Assembly: GCA_013265495.1 (NCBI GenBank)
Contig: MU058065.1
Span: 1,648,364-1,712,363 of the forward strand
Length of the DNA: 64,000 nt
Direction: 5' to 3'
Source of the DNA: Vicugna vicugna
Taxonomy: Eukaryota
Part shown: piece by piece, positions 47,701 through 59,700 of the stretch
How positions within the stretch are numbered: the first letter of the stretch is position 1
Layout of the letters: every line of letters starts with the position of its first letter
The notes under the pieces: model-generated
The model's database searches: none
The model's input: the letters and a program-made list of their open reading frames with translations, nothing else
What the model was told of the DNA's origin: nothing
Translations under genes and position numbers: made by a program

Positions 47701-50700
47701 TTTAAAGAAGTGGGATTTTTAAAGGAGAAGCTGCACTGTGGCAACATTATTTTCTTGGCCGTTTCTGCCTTTGAAGTGAGGTTTTGGCTTGGCTATAGTT
47801 CTAACGATGATGCCAGAGAGCCACTTTGGGAACATTTGGGGGAATTTAGCATTTTTGTTTTATTACCTTCAGAGTCTTTCATACATGATGAAAATATCAT
47901 GCACCAATCACATAAAAGGAAAATTATCAAAGTGCTGAGCAACATAAAGTGCACATATATATGTATACAGATATTTAGCAGTCTTTCTTTGAATTACAGG
48001 TATTCATATTTAATTGAGAAGAAAAACACGCTTAGCCCAAAAAAAGCTAATGTAGAATAATGGTATATCAGTTAACAGATAATATATTCAACCAGAAAGA
48101 TATTTTTCTTCTACTCCTTCTTTTTCCCAACTATGGTAACCTCAACGAAGCCACTTGTCCTGTTTCTTTATGGTAGACACCAGGACACATTGGAGAGGTG
48201 TGACTGTTTATAAACAAATACTGGTAACATAAAGACAAGAAGCTGTAGGGGTGGATGGAAAACTGGTCTAAGTTGCCTTTGATGAGTTTTAATCTAGCTT
48301 AATTTCTTTTTTAATGTATTAAATGCAGTTTCAAATTGCATACCATATCTGATCTCATCTTGAATTTTTTTCCTCAATGTTTTGCCTCTTAATTTTGCTT
48401 TTTGCTTTTTTTCTGAAAAGAGAAGGGGATGGTTGGGCTTAAGGAGGAAGAGCATAAAGGAGAAAAAAATTACTCTTGTTTTCTACCACATTTTAAGACT
48501 TATAAGAATAAAGTTTATTATTCTGCTAGCAGTATATTTGAAGGGATTGATGGAAAAGAAAATTTGGAAAAATTGACATATCATCCAGTTTATAAGCAAA
48601 TTGCTTTTAAGAAATATCTGCAGTATTCTTCCCCAAACTGCAAAAAAAAAAAAAAAGAAGTTGCATAAGCAAGTCTCTTAAAAAGGGAAAGACCTTTATC
48701 TATTAAATACAAAGCTTAAATGCTCTGTACTTATTGGAATATATGTGTGATCTCCTTGGAGCTCGTTTATGCAAAAGCTGCTTCTGGTGGTATATAAACT
48801 AATGTCTAACATGAGGGCAAATAAAAAGTGTCCAAGATGAAAAAGGGCGCAAAGTAGAGAGCTAATGGCGATACCAGTGGTTTTGTGAAATCATTGGGTA
48901 AAAAAAGCAGAGACTGACAAGAGATAAACAAATGTAGTCTATAAGATGTGTGTATCCATGAACTGCAAACTGAAAGCTGTATTACATGTGAAGTTTATAA
49001 ATAGAAACATTAGTTTAATATACTTTACATTATAAAAGTCCACCTATAAGTGTTGTTTTCAAATTGTAGCTTTAATGGCAATTATTTGACCCAGAAAACT
49101 TAAAAAAAAAAAAAGCTTTCTGTGAAGTTTGTTAGACGAATCATTTGAACTAGAAGAGAAAAAGGGACAGGGAGAGAAAGTGATTTTTTTTTTAATGTAA
49201 AATTGAATGTCGTCATTTGGCGAATGCCTGTGAACTGATGGACTTTGAGCACTCAGCTGCTCAACAGTGCCCACCATTGACATTACACGTCCTCTGTCTT
49301 TCCAGAGATCTGATAATAGTTATTCGTTCAACTGAGGCTTTAAATAACTTTTATCTGTTTTGGTTATTGAGTTCTACATCAGTCATCAAATACTGTAAAT
49401 TAGTTGTCACTTGAATTTAATAATCAATATATATAACACCATAGTTGTACCAAGATTGTTTTCCAAGAATGGAGAGAGCCATATAAAAACGACCTAGGTG
49501 AGAATGTGCCGTCCTTTACATCACCTCATAAGAAAGTAATATTTTTACAACAGTTACGCCCAAAACCTTGTCCATTTCTGACTATTTTCTCCCAGAAGTG
49601 GATAGAATGCAAAGAGACTCATGACTACCTCTGTAGCTTCTGTAATTTTTCTGTTTGCCACCCACCTGGGTCACAGCTCTAACTTACCTGGGCACACCTG
49701 TCTAGAGACTCTTCTTCGGCAAGCATAATACCAAGGAGGTAGCAAAGGAAAGTTCATTCTGATTTTACTTTTCCTTCTCAGACAGCCTTATCTTTTTACC
49801 CACTTGTCTGACTAATCACTACTCTATTTCAACTGGCTTTTGGAAACTATTTGGAAATCACCTAACATAAAAGACAGCCTTTGGTAGCAAAATCTGTTCA
49901 AAGAAACATCTGTGATGTTTCTCTCTACATGTCCCCAAAAAAGAAGGATAAGTTAGTCCCTGAAAGGAGAACATCTTCATATCTACTCTGTTTCAGTTAA
50001 ATACTCTATGTTTTTGGAACAAATAGATGTTTTCTATAAACCTCATGTATACAGAAGTTGCTGCATGTGGTACCTAAGCTAATACGTAGTACAGGGCAAA
50101 GGCAAGTGTCCAGATGAAGAAGGAATGATGGGCCCAGTGGTTTTGTAAAGTATGTAGGGAAAAGGCATTCGTGTGCTGTGTTGTGCAATTTGAGATCTCA
50201 TAATTCATCACTGAACAACCCACAGAGTAAAGTTCTCATTGGTTCTCACAGTTGGTAAAACAAAATACTACTTTTTCAGTACAACAGTATACTTTTGCAT
50301 GTAATTTAGAATATGTGGCTTTTAGTTTATTAAAGAGTCTGGTAGAGTATAAGTTATTCTTTAGATCAGGAGTCTGCAAATTTTTTTCTGTAAATGGCCA
50401 AATATCAGATATTTTTAGCTTTGCAGGACATGCAGTCTCTGTCACAACTCCTCAACTCTGCTAGTGCAGAAACAGCCATAGACCATTCACCACGGACAAT
50501 ACGTAAACAAATGGGTGTGACTGTGTCCTAATAAAACTCTATTTACAAAAACATTGCACCAGTTTTGGCTCGTGGGCGATAGTTTACCAAAGCCTGCTAT
50601 AAATTATTTCCTGCTGATATAGAAGATTAATACACATTATTTTAAAGCAGAAGCAGAGAAGCCCCTCCAGGCCTCAGCAATGAGCAGAAGAGCCTCTGAG

Positions 50701-53700
50701 CCTGGGGTTAAGATGCTGGGGGGCACCAGACACAGGGGACCGATGACGGGATAAGCATATTTGATGCAGCTTGACCGGCAGGAGGGCCCTCTGCAGGAAG
50801 AAGGCTGATTGCACTGAGGTTGTATCTTAGTAATGACCCCCCTTTTCCCTCAGTGCTGCTTTGAAAGAAGATGACAAGTTTACCACATAGAAAGTCTTCT
50901 TAAATCTCAAGAAACTCTAAGTGAGTTTTCCTCAATCCCCAGGGCAGGCAGCCTGCTCCCCATTTTCCCCATCCATGGGTGATGGAATTTGATCTCCTTC
51001 AAAAACTCACAGAGTAGCCACAGTAGCCCCGAGGAGATGGCAAAAGCCACGGCTCTGGTTCAGTGACCGGACTTACTAACCCCTTCCGCCACCTAACCAG
51101 AGGGCTGTGTCTTCACCAAAGACCTCCCCTGGGCTTCTCTTCTCCAGCTCTTTCTTGAGAAGTTTCTAGAGCCCACATGTGCACAAGTTGGTCTTCCTCC
51201 TCTTTCCAGCAGGAAGGAGACCACAAAGGTCTCCTGGGGAGAGAGCTCCACATTGGGGACATCCCAAGGCCACCAGATGGGGAAGATCCGACGCTCCCAG
51301 GCCCTCTCTGCTGGGAATTCTCGTGCCTAGTGCCGAAGACACGAAAGCCCTCTTTTCCTCCCCTCCCCCAGTTATGGCTACATCTTCCGAGCCTATGATT
51401 ATGCCCTGATGTCTACCTCTCCTCACTGTTCTACTGGGAGGTGGGGGGACACGGGGGCCATTTACTGTTTATCAGAGAGTCACTGAAAGAACTTAAATTC
51501 ATAATAAAAAATGAAAATATGAATGAAGCAGTATGTTAATGCAACTATGAACAGGTACATGAAAAAAACTCAGAAGAAAACAAAGACAAATGAAAAGGGA
51601 AAACACAACAAATACGTAAGTGACCTAACAACTGGAAGAACGTTGTTAGAGAAGACAGCTCTTGTTTCTACACAGGTGTATTTCGGTGGGAGACTTCCCA
51701 CTTGCTGTACCTACACCAAGATTTTATACCTTGGTACCTATAACAAGATTTTATGTCCAGTCCTTTGTGAGAAAAGAGGTTTGTTTGTAATGTTGAGGAG
51801 AGATTAAGAAATGCAAAACCATTATAGTGGATCACACTGGACTCTTTGGACAAGAAAGAAGCCTTCTATACCGAGTGGTGTGGCAGCTGGGACAGTTCCC
51901 CGTGTAGTACGCATGCTCACTCACGTGTGGATGGATGGAGTGAAACTCGCACACGCAATAATGACCCCATGTGCCAATCTGCCATTGTGCTTCCCCAAGA
52001 TACTGCATCAGTGAATACGGTCCGTGCCTACTTCACACTCGTCTAGTGCAGTAATTGGCCGCTGTAGCTTGGCTACTGTTTAAGTGGCCATCAGCCTCCC
52101 AGAGACACTGTGCCAACTTGGAAGACTTGCCTGACTCCTCCAAACCTCTCTACTGTCTGACTCTCCTTATTTACAGTTAAGAAAGTTTGACGAAAGAATA
52201 AGAGAGACAACCAAAAAGCAGCTCACTGATGGAAATCTCGGGCTCTCTTACCTTCACTCTTCAAATTTGGCTGAAAAGCTAGTCTGTTGAACGAGGCCAG
52301 TGAGATTTAAAAGGTTTTCCTAACCTGTCTCTGCCACTCCTGTTCCTACCCAATGTTGTACAGCAAAGCATGTTCACCTGAGGAACTATGGAATCAAATT
52401 ACTAAAAAACAATAGTAAAATGTAACTAAGTGGTTTTAAAAAATGGACAAGTAAAAACCAAAACTTTCTATATTAAAAGGAAAGGACTGTAATATTTCAT
52501 CGCAAACCTCCAAGAGATGTTTTATAAAATTGATAAGTATGGGTTTGTAACTTCCTGGTATCCAGTATTTTAATTAGTTGCCATATGTGGATGACTGCTT
52601 AAACATATTGTAGAGATTTTTAAAACATTTATTATACAGCACATTGAGTTACATGGTATTTTCCATCAATATACTTAATCATGTTTTCTAATAACGTTAA
52701 TGATCCTTAGAGTAAAAATGTCTGAATTTAGAATTTTTTTTTTTTAGCGCTGCTTTACGTTTATGGACCGGGGTTTTGTGTTTAAGATGATTAACAATTA
52801 CATCAGCATGTTCTCCTCAGGTGATCCCAAGGTAAGGACCACGTGCAGGAGAGAGAGCTTTCTAAACTGTTACATTATGAATAAATAAACTGGTCCCAGC
52901 GTGTATCCATCTAAGACAATAACCTATCCATTCTCCGTATCAAAAAATAATTTCTATACCAATGAGAGGCAGCCTTTTAAAATGGTTCATCTGCTTAGTA
53001 AGTCTGCTTCATGGGGGACCAAAGGGTGTGGCATGAAAGTCTTTACATGTTACTTCCTTTCCTCCGGGCAGTGAAAATCTTTCCAGTTGCAATCCTGGTG
53101 CCTCAGGTTTGCTCAGGACTGTCTTGGTTTTAGCAGTGAAAGTCCCCTTTCCCTGGAAACTCTCCGTCCTGGGCAAAATAGGACATTTGCCCACCCTACC
53201 TAACTGGGGAATATGTGCTGGGAGACAGGCAACAGTACTGTCTAGAGAGTAGTGCTTCTCAGATTGTGTTCCTCACCCAGTGATCTCAGAACTGAGATGC
53301 CATAGGCGGGGCCCAGAAATCTGTACTGCAGCCAGACTTTCAGATGATTTCTCTGCCCTCTCAAGTTTGAGAGCCACTGAGCTACATAATAGAGGGAAAT
53401 AAGACGGGAAATAGGCCAGATCATGAACGTTACATCAGTCAAGCTTCTTTGTGTTGCAAGCAACAGAAACTCCAGTGTAAGCACAAGGGAATTTATTGGA
53501 AGGGTACTGGGAGTAAATAGCATTGATAAAATTGCTGGAGAGTGAGGCTTGGAAAAGAGCAGGTAGCAAGGCACTTCCGGGGCACAAGAGTAATCCCAAA
53601 GGAGGGACCAGTGGCCAAGGTCCACCGCTGCTTAAATAGTCAAACGGGACCATTTTTCTCTTCTTAACACTCTGCTAAGATTTATTTTCCAGAAAAGAAC

Positions 53701-56700
53701 ATGTGACCAACCTGCTTTGGGTCACATGCCTGCCTCTAGGGTAGGGAAGACAGGGCACCTGAAGTACTAATTCCCCGTTAACCTCTACCCATTGGAAGAT
53801 AAGTCCCCCAGGTGAAATTATCAAGATATTAGGAAAAAGTAATGAATATGGAAAAGCCAAAAATAAATAATGATCTTCTTAGAGCCTTTCATGTTATCCT
53901 TAGGCGCCTGCACGTTACTTTTTGGCAGAGAAGATTTACTTTAGGCTCTGAAAGTTCCGTGATTATATGTCATTTGGGTTTGAGAATCCAATTCTCTCTG
54001 TAAACAGCTTTTGAAAGACATTCTTCATTAGTCCTCCAATTATGCATTTGCAGAATATCCTTTTAGGAATACTTCCAGCAGGCCTAAATTATACATTTTT
54101 TTTGCAAAGACTGAACAGAATGTACGCAATGAAGAAACGTTAACATGTAATTCCATTATGTTCCTGTTCTCTTTGATGTACAAAGCATTGTCATATACTA
54201 CCTTGTTTGAGATGGCAGTATCTTAAATTATTGACTCAAGTTGCCACAAAGTTCTAAAATATCTGAGCAAAGAGAATGTATTTGATTTTGTTAGCTGATA
54301 TTAGTGAATATCATGAACACAATTGTCTGAGCCTTAAAAAATTGATTACTTAGTTTGCATGACAATGAGATAGAATGGTTATGAGCACGCTGATTGCTCC
54401 TATTTATGTGGTTGTTTTTAAGACGTGTATTAAGTTGTCTTAGCCCATGTCTGCACTCCATTTATCACTGTCCTAATCAAAGCATTACTGAAAAGACAGA
54501 CTTGTTTGCAAGGGCAGGGAAGAGGTGGACTTAAATAGCGTACCCTAGAATAAATGAGAGAGACTCTAATTTTCGATTATCTGCGGTCTTACCTTCTGAG
54601 TCCCAGGAGTTAAAGCAACCTGTCCTTTGAGCTGAATGTGATTGTAGAGCTCTGCATATGCAGTGAGGCAGCATCTTTCTCAGAATAAATGTTGTGATCA
54701 AAGCTAAAATAATAAAAAGTATGACTAAGATCGTATCCCCTGGAAGTTCAGTGTAGGATACAAATGGGGTCACTTCCTGAAGAAACCTTGACCAATCTCC
54801 AAAAATAAGGAGCCTGGCTGCGTTTACCACTTGAGAGGGGACAAAATCCTTTAAACTGAACAATTACCTGGTGGTCACACAGAATTAACTCCATCTCCTT
54901 CGTAGATAGAAGATTCAAGTGTAGATATTATATTAACTTTCTTAGTGTGTAAATAACAGTCATTTGTTTACCTCTTTTTCAGACTTTATGCCAGTATAAA
55001 TTTGATTTTCTTCAGGAAGTATGTCAGCATGAACACTTTATTCCTTTGTGTCTCCCCATAAGATCAGCAAACATTCCAGGTAATAAATCCCAGAGTTGTT
55101 ATCAGCTCCTACAGAGTAAACACTTCTGTTTGTTTGCTTGTTTTGTCTTTGTTGGCTGCTGTTTTCCTGTTTCCTCGGTCTTGATTTTGTCTGAAGTTGT
55201 CACATGGACATTAGACCCAGGTCATCAGCTTAAAGTGCAGAAGAAGTTGGTAGCATGTGGTCCAGAATACAGAGCTGTATTTCTCAATTTTTGTCTATGT
55301 TTCCTTTTTCATTAAAGAGAAGGTCAACATAACCACAAAATTGATGCTTACAAATCAAAGAATTTTAACCTATAGCCACACTGTCTCTCACCATGCTGGC
55401 TCCAAAAGACAACTTCCCTTTGATTTTGAGAGACAAAAAAATTACAGGGAGAAAGAGTTATACTCTGTGAGTATGAATTCATTTAAAATTTTCAATCAAC
55501 GTGTGCACGTTAAAATGCAATTCCTCAAAATGAGATTTATACAAGGAAAACTGTTACCTTGAAAGAGAGGAAGGAAGGCAGGCAGGTGGGCAACATTGTA
55601 AATACTTGATACTCTGGGTCAGAAAGAGATAGATGTGCAGGTAAAACCGGGGCTTCACATTTTGTTTACTATACCTACTATAGCATACATGGTCTATAGA
55701 TGATATACTCATTTATTACTTTTGTTAAAATATATATATACACATAGACTATATATTATATATATACTGGTATACATATATATTATATATACGTACACAC
55801 ACATATACCAGGAGAATCATAGTAGAGAATGAGCATCATTCATCTAAACATCAGAAATTAATCAAGATGCAAAGAAAACACTTAAGTGATTTAGGAACTT
55901 AAAATACTTTACCTCTATTTTGCAATGTAATCAAATGTTGAGTCATGTTATACAGCTGAAACTAATATAATGCTATATGTCAGTTATACCTCAATAAGAA
56001 ATAAACTTGTAAATAAATTCATTAAATACTTCTAAGAAGTGAGTAAATTACAAGATATACTTTTGATTTTCATGGAAAGCAGAACTAAGATGGTAAAGAG
56101 CATCTCCATCTGTATTATAACTTGCACTAATATTTTCGAGGGAAAAAGAGAGTACGTATGTTACTAAGCCTATGAAAGTTTTGTCATGTTAATCTTAAAT
56201 ATAAGCTGTATACATTATTCCATTATTTTCCTAATTTATTAAATACATTAAACTAAATGCCTTCATAGAATAAAGGGTAGGAAAGTTGTTTTGGGCCACA
56301 ATATTTTTAGCTTCTTGTTTTGTGTAATGTTTATGAACTAGTGCTAAGTTACTGCTGGATTAGACAGGCTGGTTAAGACACGCAAGAGAATCAAACCTGT
56401 TTTTGTCATTTGAATTCTAGTCTTTTACTATTTGTCAGTAGGTCAGAAGAAAGCCTGATAGCCTGTTTCTAGATCTGATATTATCAACAGTGAATATAAA
56501 AATATGTGTTTCATAACAAGCAGATTTCTGATAGAAAAATTGGTGCTCAAGAAGAGGCTGAGAATTAAAACAATTCTGTTCATAGCATTTTTTTTTCAGG
56601 AAAGAAGTAAGCAACCTAAGGTACTTGTCTTGAAAAACAAAGCTTTATTGAAGGGACTCATATCTTAAGACAGTATATTTTAATTTTTCAGTATAAATTA

Positions 56701-59700
56701 TACATAGTTAATGAATATAGTATCTGAGTATGTATTTATCTGAACTTTTGTTTATTTGTATCAAATCCAGATCCTTTGACACCTTCAGAATCAATACAAG
56801 AGTTACATGCATCAGGTAAATAATATTTTATATTACATTATTTCATAATTTGATAATGTTAATGAGTACACATACTTCAAATTTCCAATTTCCAGATGCT
56901 AATAAATAGCCACATATTTAATAGCATCTAGGCAAAATAGTCAAGAAGTTGACTGAACTTTTCTCTGGTAACAGATAATTAAATACTTTTCCAGCTTGAT
57001 AATTAAATGCTTCCCCAACTTGAATTCTTTCATACTTTATTCTCCAGAGCTTGAAATTATTTTAATTTCCCAAAGCATCTGAAATTTTCTTGGAATGTAT
57101 CATAAATAAAATTCCCAGACATATGTAATAACTACTTGTTCAACATAGCTAGTTTTATATGACACATGAATATATATACCACAATCTACATCTGGCTTAC
57201 ACAGTGTCAATATATCACAGCTGGTGTTTTCTCAAGGTTGAGATGATTAAAATCAGATCAGTTTATTTTTACCTGAAACAAGTACACAACTTAAAATAGC
57301 CTGGGCACACTTTTTTTTCAAACCTTAGGTTGGGAATTTAAGTTCTATTCTCTTTCTCGTTCCTCTCTATGACTTACTAGCTCATGGAAAAATTTATTTA
57401 ACCTCACTAAGCCCTTTGATCTTAGTTTCCTGACCTTCCTCATTCTCTGTACTTTCACCTTCGGCATCTTCATGGACTTAAAAAAAAATAAATACGTTTA
57501 ATTTGCTCCTGGTCAGTTAGGACCTGGAATATTCCAGTAGGTCGTTATTCCTAATGGGTCGTCCTGAGGATTGAAGGGGACACTGCTTATCAAGTGCTTA
57601 GCTGAGCGTTGGCCCGCGATCTGGGTTCCACAGGTGGGCACTAGTCTTGTTATTAACAGTCACCTTTAGGAAGCCCACTGGACAATTCTGAAAAAAAAGA
57701 AAAGTGTTATTACTGGAAATCTGAGTTTCCTTTCTCTATAGTTCAGACTCAGAATTATGCCGCCCCCATTGGTTTTCCTCTCTCTTTGCTCTTTCACATC
57801 CTGCAGCTCGCTTGTCTTGGTGATTTTACTTCTGCTACTTGGGTCCCACTTCCCCAGGTCCAGACACCATCTCACCTCCCCGCTCCCCCATTGCTCCAGC
57901 CTCCTGGATTGTAGCCGTCACCCCACATCTCCCTACAGTCCAATTCATTCTGAGCCTCTCATATTAATTAATTAAAAAGTACAGATCTGATGGGGCCACT
58001 GATCTCAAAGCTGTCAGTGAGTTCACATTCCCTACAGAATTAAGTGCAAAAGCTGGAGGGACCTAAACGCCAGCTAAGGAATTTGTACTTGGGTTTCTCC
58101 ACCGTCTAGCAACATTCTCTTCTCAAGTCTTAATTCTCACCACTCCTCTTCCGGTTGCTGACCTTACTGGTCTTTCCTACCACCTGTGCTCCCCACATAC
58201 CTGTGCTTTCAGAAATCTGTGCCGTCAAAACTCCATCCATTCTCCTCTCAACCTCCTCTCCCCAATCCCTGCCTCCACTGCCTTCGGCTGCTCCCCCAAC
58301 TCTCCGCATCTTCAAACCTTAAGCATCCTTCAAATGCCCATCTCAACACATTCCTTCGTCTCCTGACTCCTCCAGACACAAAATAAGTTGTTCTCTTCTG
58401 AACTCCTGTAATACTGCAGACATGCCACTTGTATGGAATTGAACAACTGTCACTGAATACTATTTGGATTCATACACACAGAGAATACTTCCTGAATGTT
58501 CCTCTTCACGATTCTCACCTCAGTAGCAAGACTGTGTTACTGAATTCCTCCTAGGAGTGAGAGGGTGGAGGGTTGCTTGCTAAAATGTATCTCTCGGTTA
58601 TCAAGTCATCCTTGGACTTTCAATAACATGACCTCTTTACGTTCCTCGCAAAGATATGCCTGAATATTCAGTCACGAATGAATTTTGCCGCAAACACTTC
58701 TTAATCGGAATTCTGCTCCGAGAAGTCGGCTTTGCTTTGCAAGAAGACCAAGATATCAGACACTTAGCTTTAGCTGTCCTCAAAAACCTAATGGCTAAGC
58801 ACTCATTTGATGATCGATACAGAGAACCAGTAAGTGGTCTTCCCTCTCCTGTCCCTAAACACCGTTTATTGGTTCACTGCATTAAACGCATATCAAGCCT
58901 ACGAGTCTATTGATTTTTATGTGAATCATTTCTTTTGGCTACTTTCCCACCCAGGGAAAGCAGGCCCAGATAGCAGGTTTATACATGCCTCTCTATGGCA
59001 TGCTTCTGGACAATATGCCAAGGATCTACCTGAAGGACCTGTATCCTTTTACCATCAATACGTCGAATCAGGTATGTTCACATAATATTCCAAGTGCCTA
59101 TTTAATAAAGAGTTTGCCCTTTCTATATTTTTGCCATGGATAACAGTTTTCCCCCGACTGTGAGCTAACTAAGGATTAGGCAGCGCTTCTTGCGAGGTAT
59201 TTTGAAATGTTTGCATAGTGTCATTTTTCTTTTCTGTATTGGTCTCTGATGCCTTCCACCTAGTCCATCTCTTCAGTGTTTTGTTTCCATTTTCCTCTGT
59301 TCTCTACGTTGCCTTCCAGTTCTTTCCAGTTTGTACGAGGTTCCTCTGTTGCATTCATGGCCCCATCCTCAGTGTACACCTTTTCCCACCACCTTTCTGC
59401 ATTGGCTTCAGGCCCACCTGGTGTCTGTTGAGCCAAGTGCCTTATTCACGGTCACAGCCCAGGATGGCCTGTTTTGTCATCCTTCCTTCGTTGAGCCATC
59501 AGAATGACTGCCCAGCAACCCACTTGAGATCTGTTGCTTATGTTCATATCCCAGATGAGTTGCCACACTGCTGAATCAAGAAATTATGCAAGATACTACC
59601 ATCTAAAAATTCGGAGCTATGCCTTTGGAATTCTAGGGTGTGGGGGAACCTTGTTCAAATCCCAACAGTATTAGTTACTATCTATGTGACCTTAGATAAG

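Noticed and set aside
12875..50596. Inverted MER58A pair as a long-range RNA duplex
   Set aside because: Old, visibly diverged copies 37 kb apart; stable pairing is unlikely.
59041..59049. Perfect U12 donor consensus GTATCCTTT inside exon 58955-59071
   Set aside because: Explained by the codons CTG TAT CCT TTT (L-Y-P-F); its use would break phase and there is no U12 branch site before the next exon.
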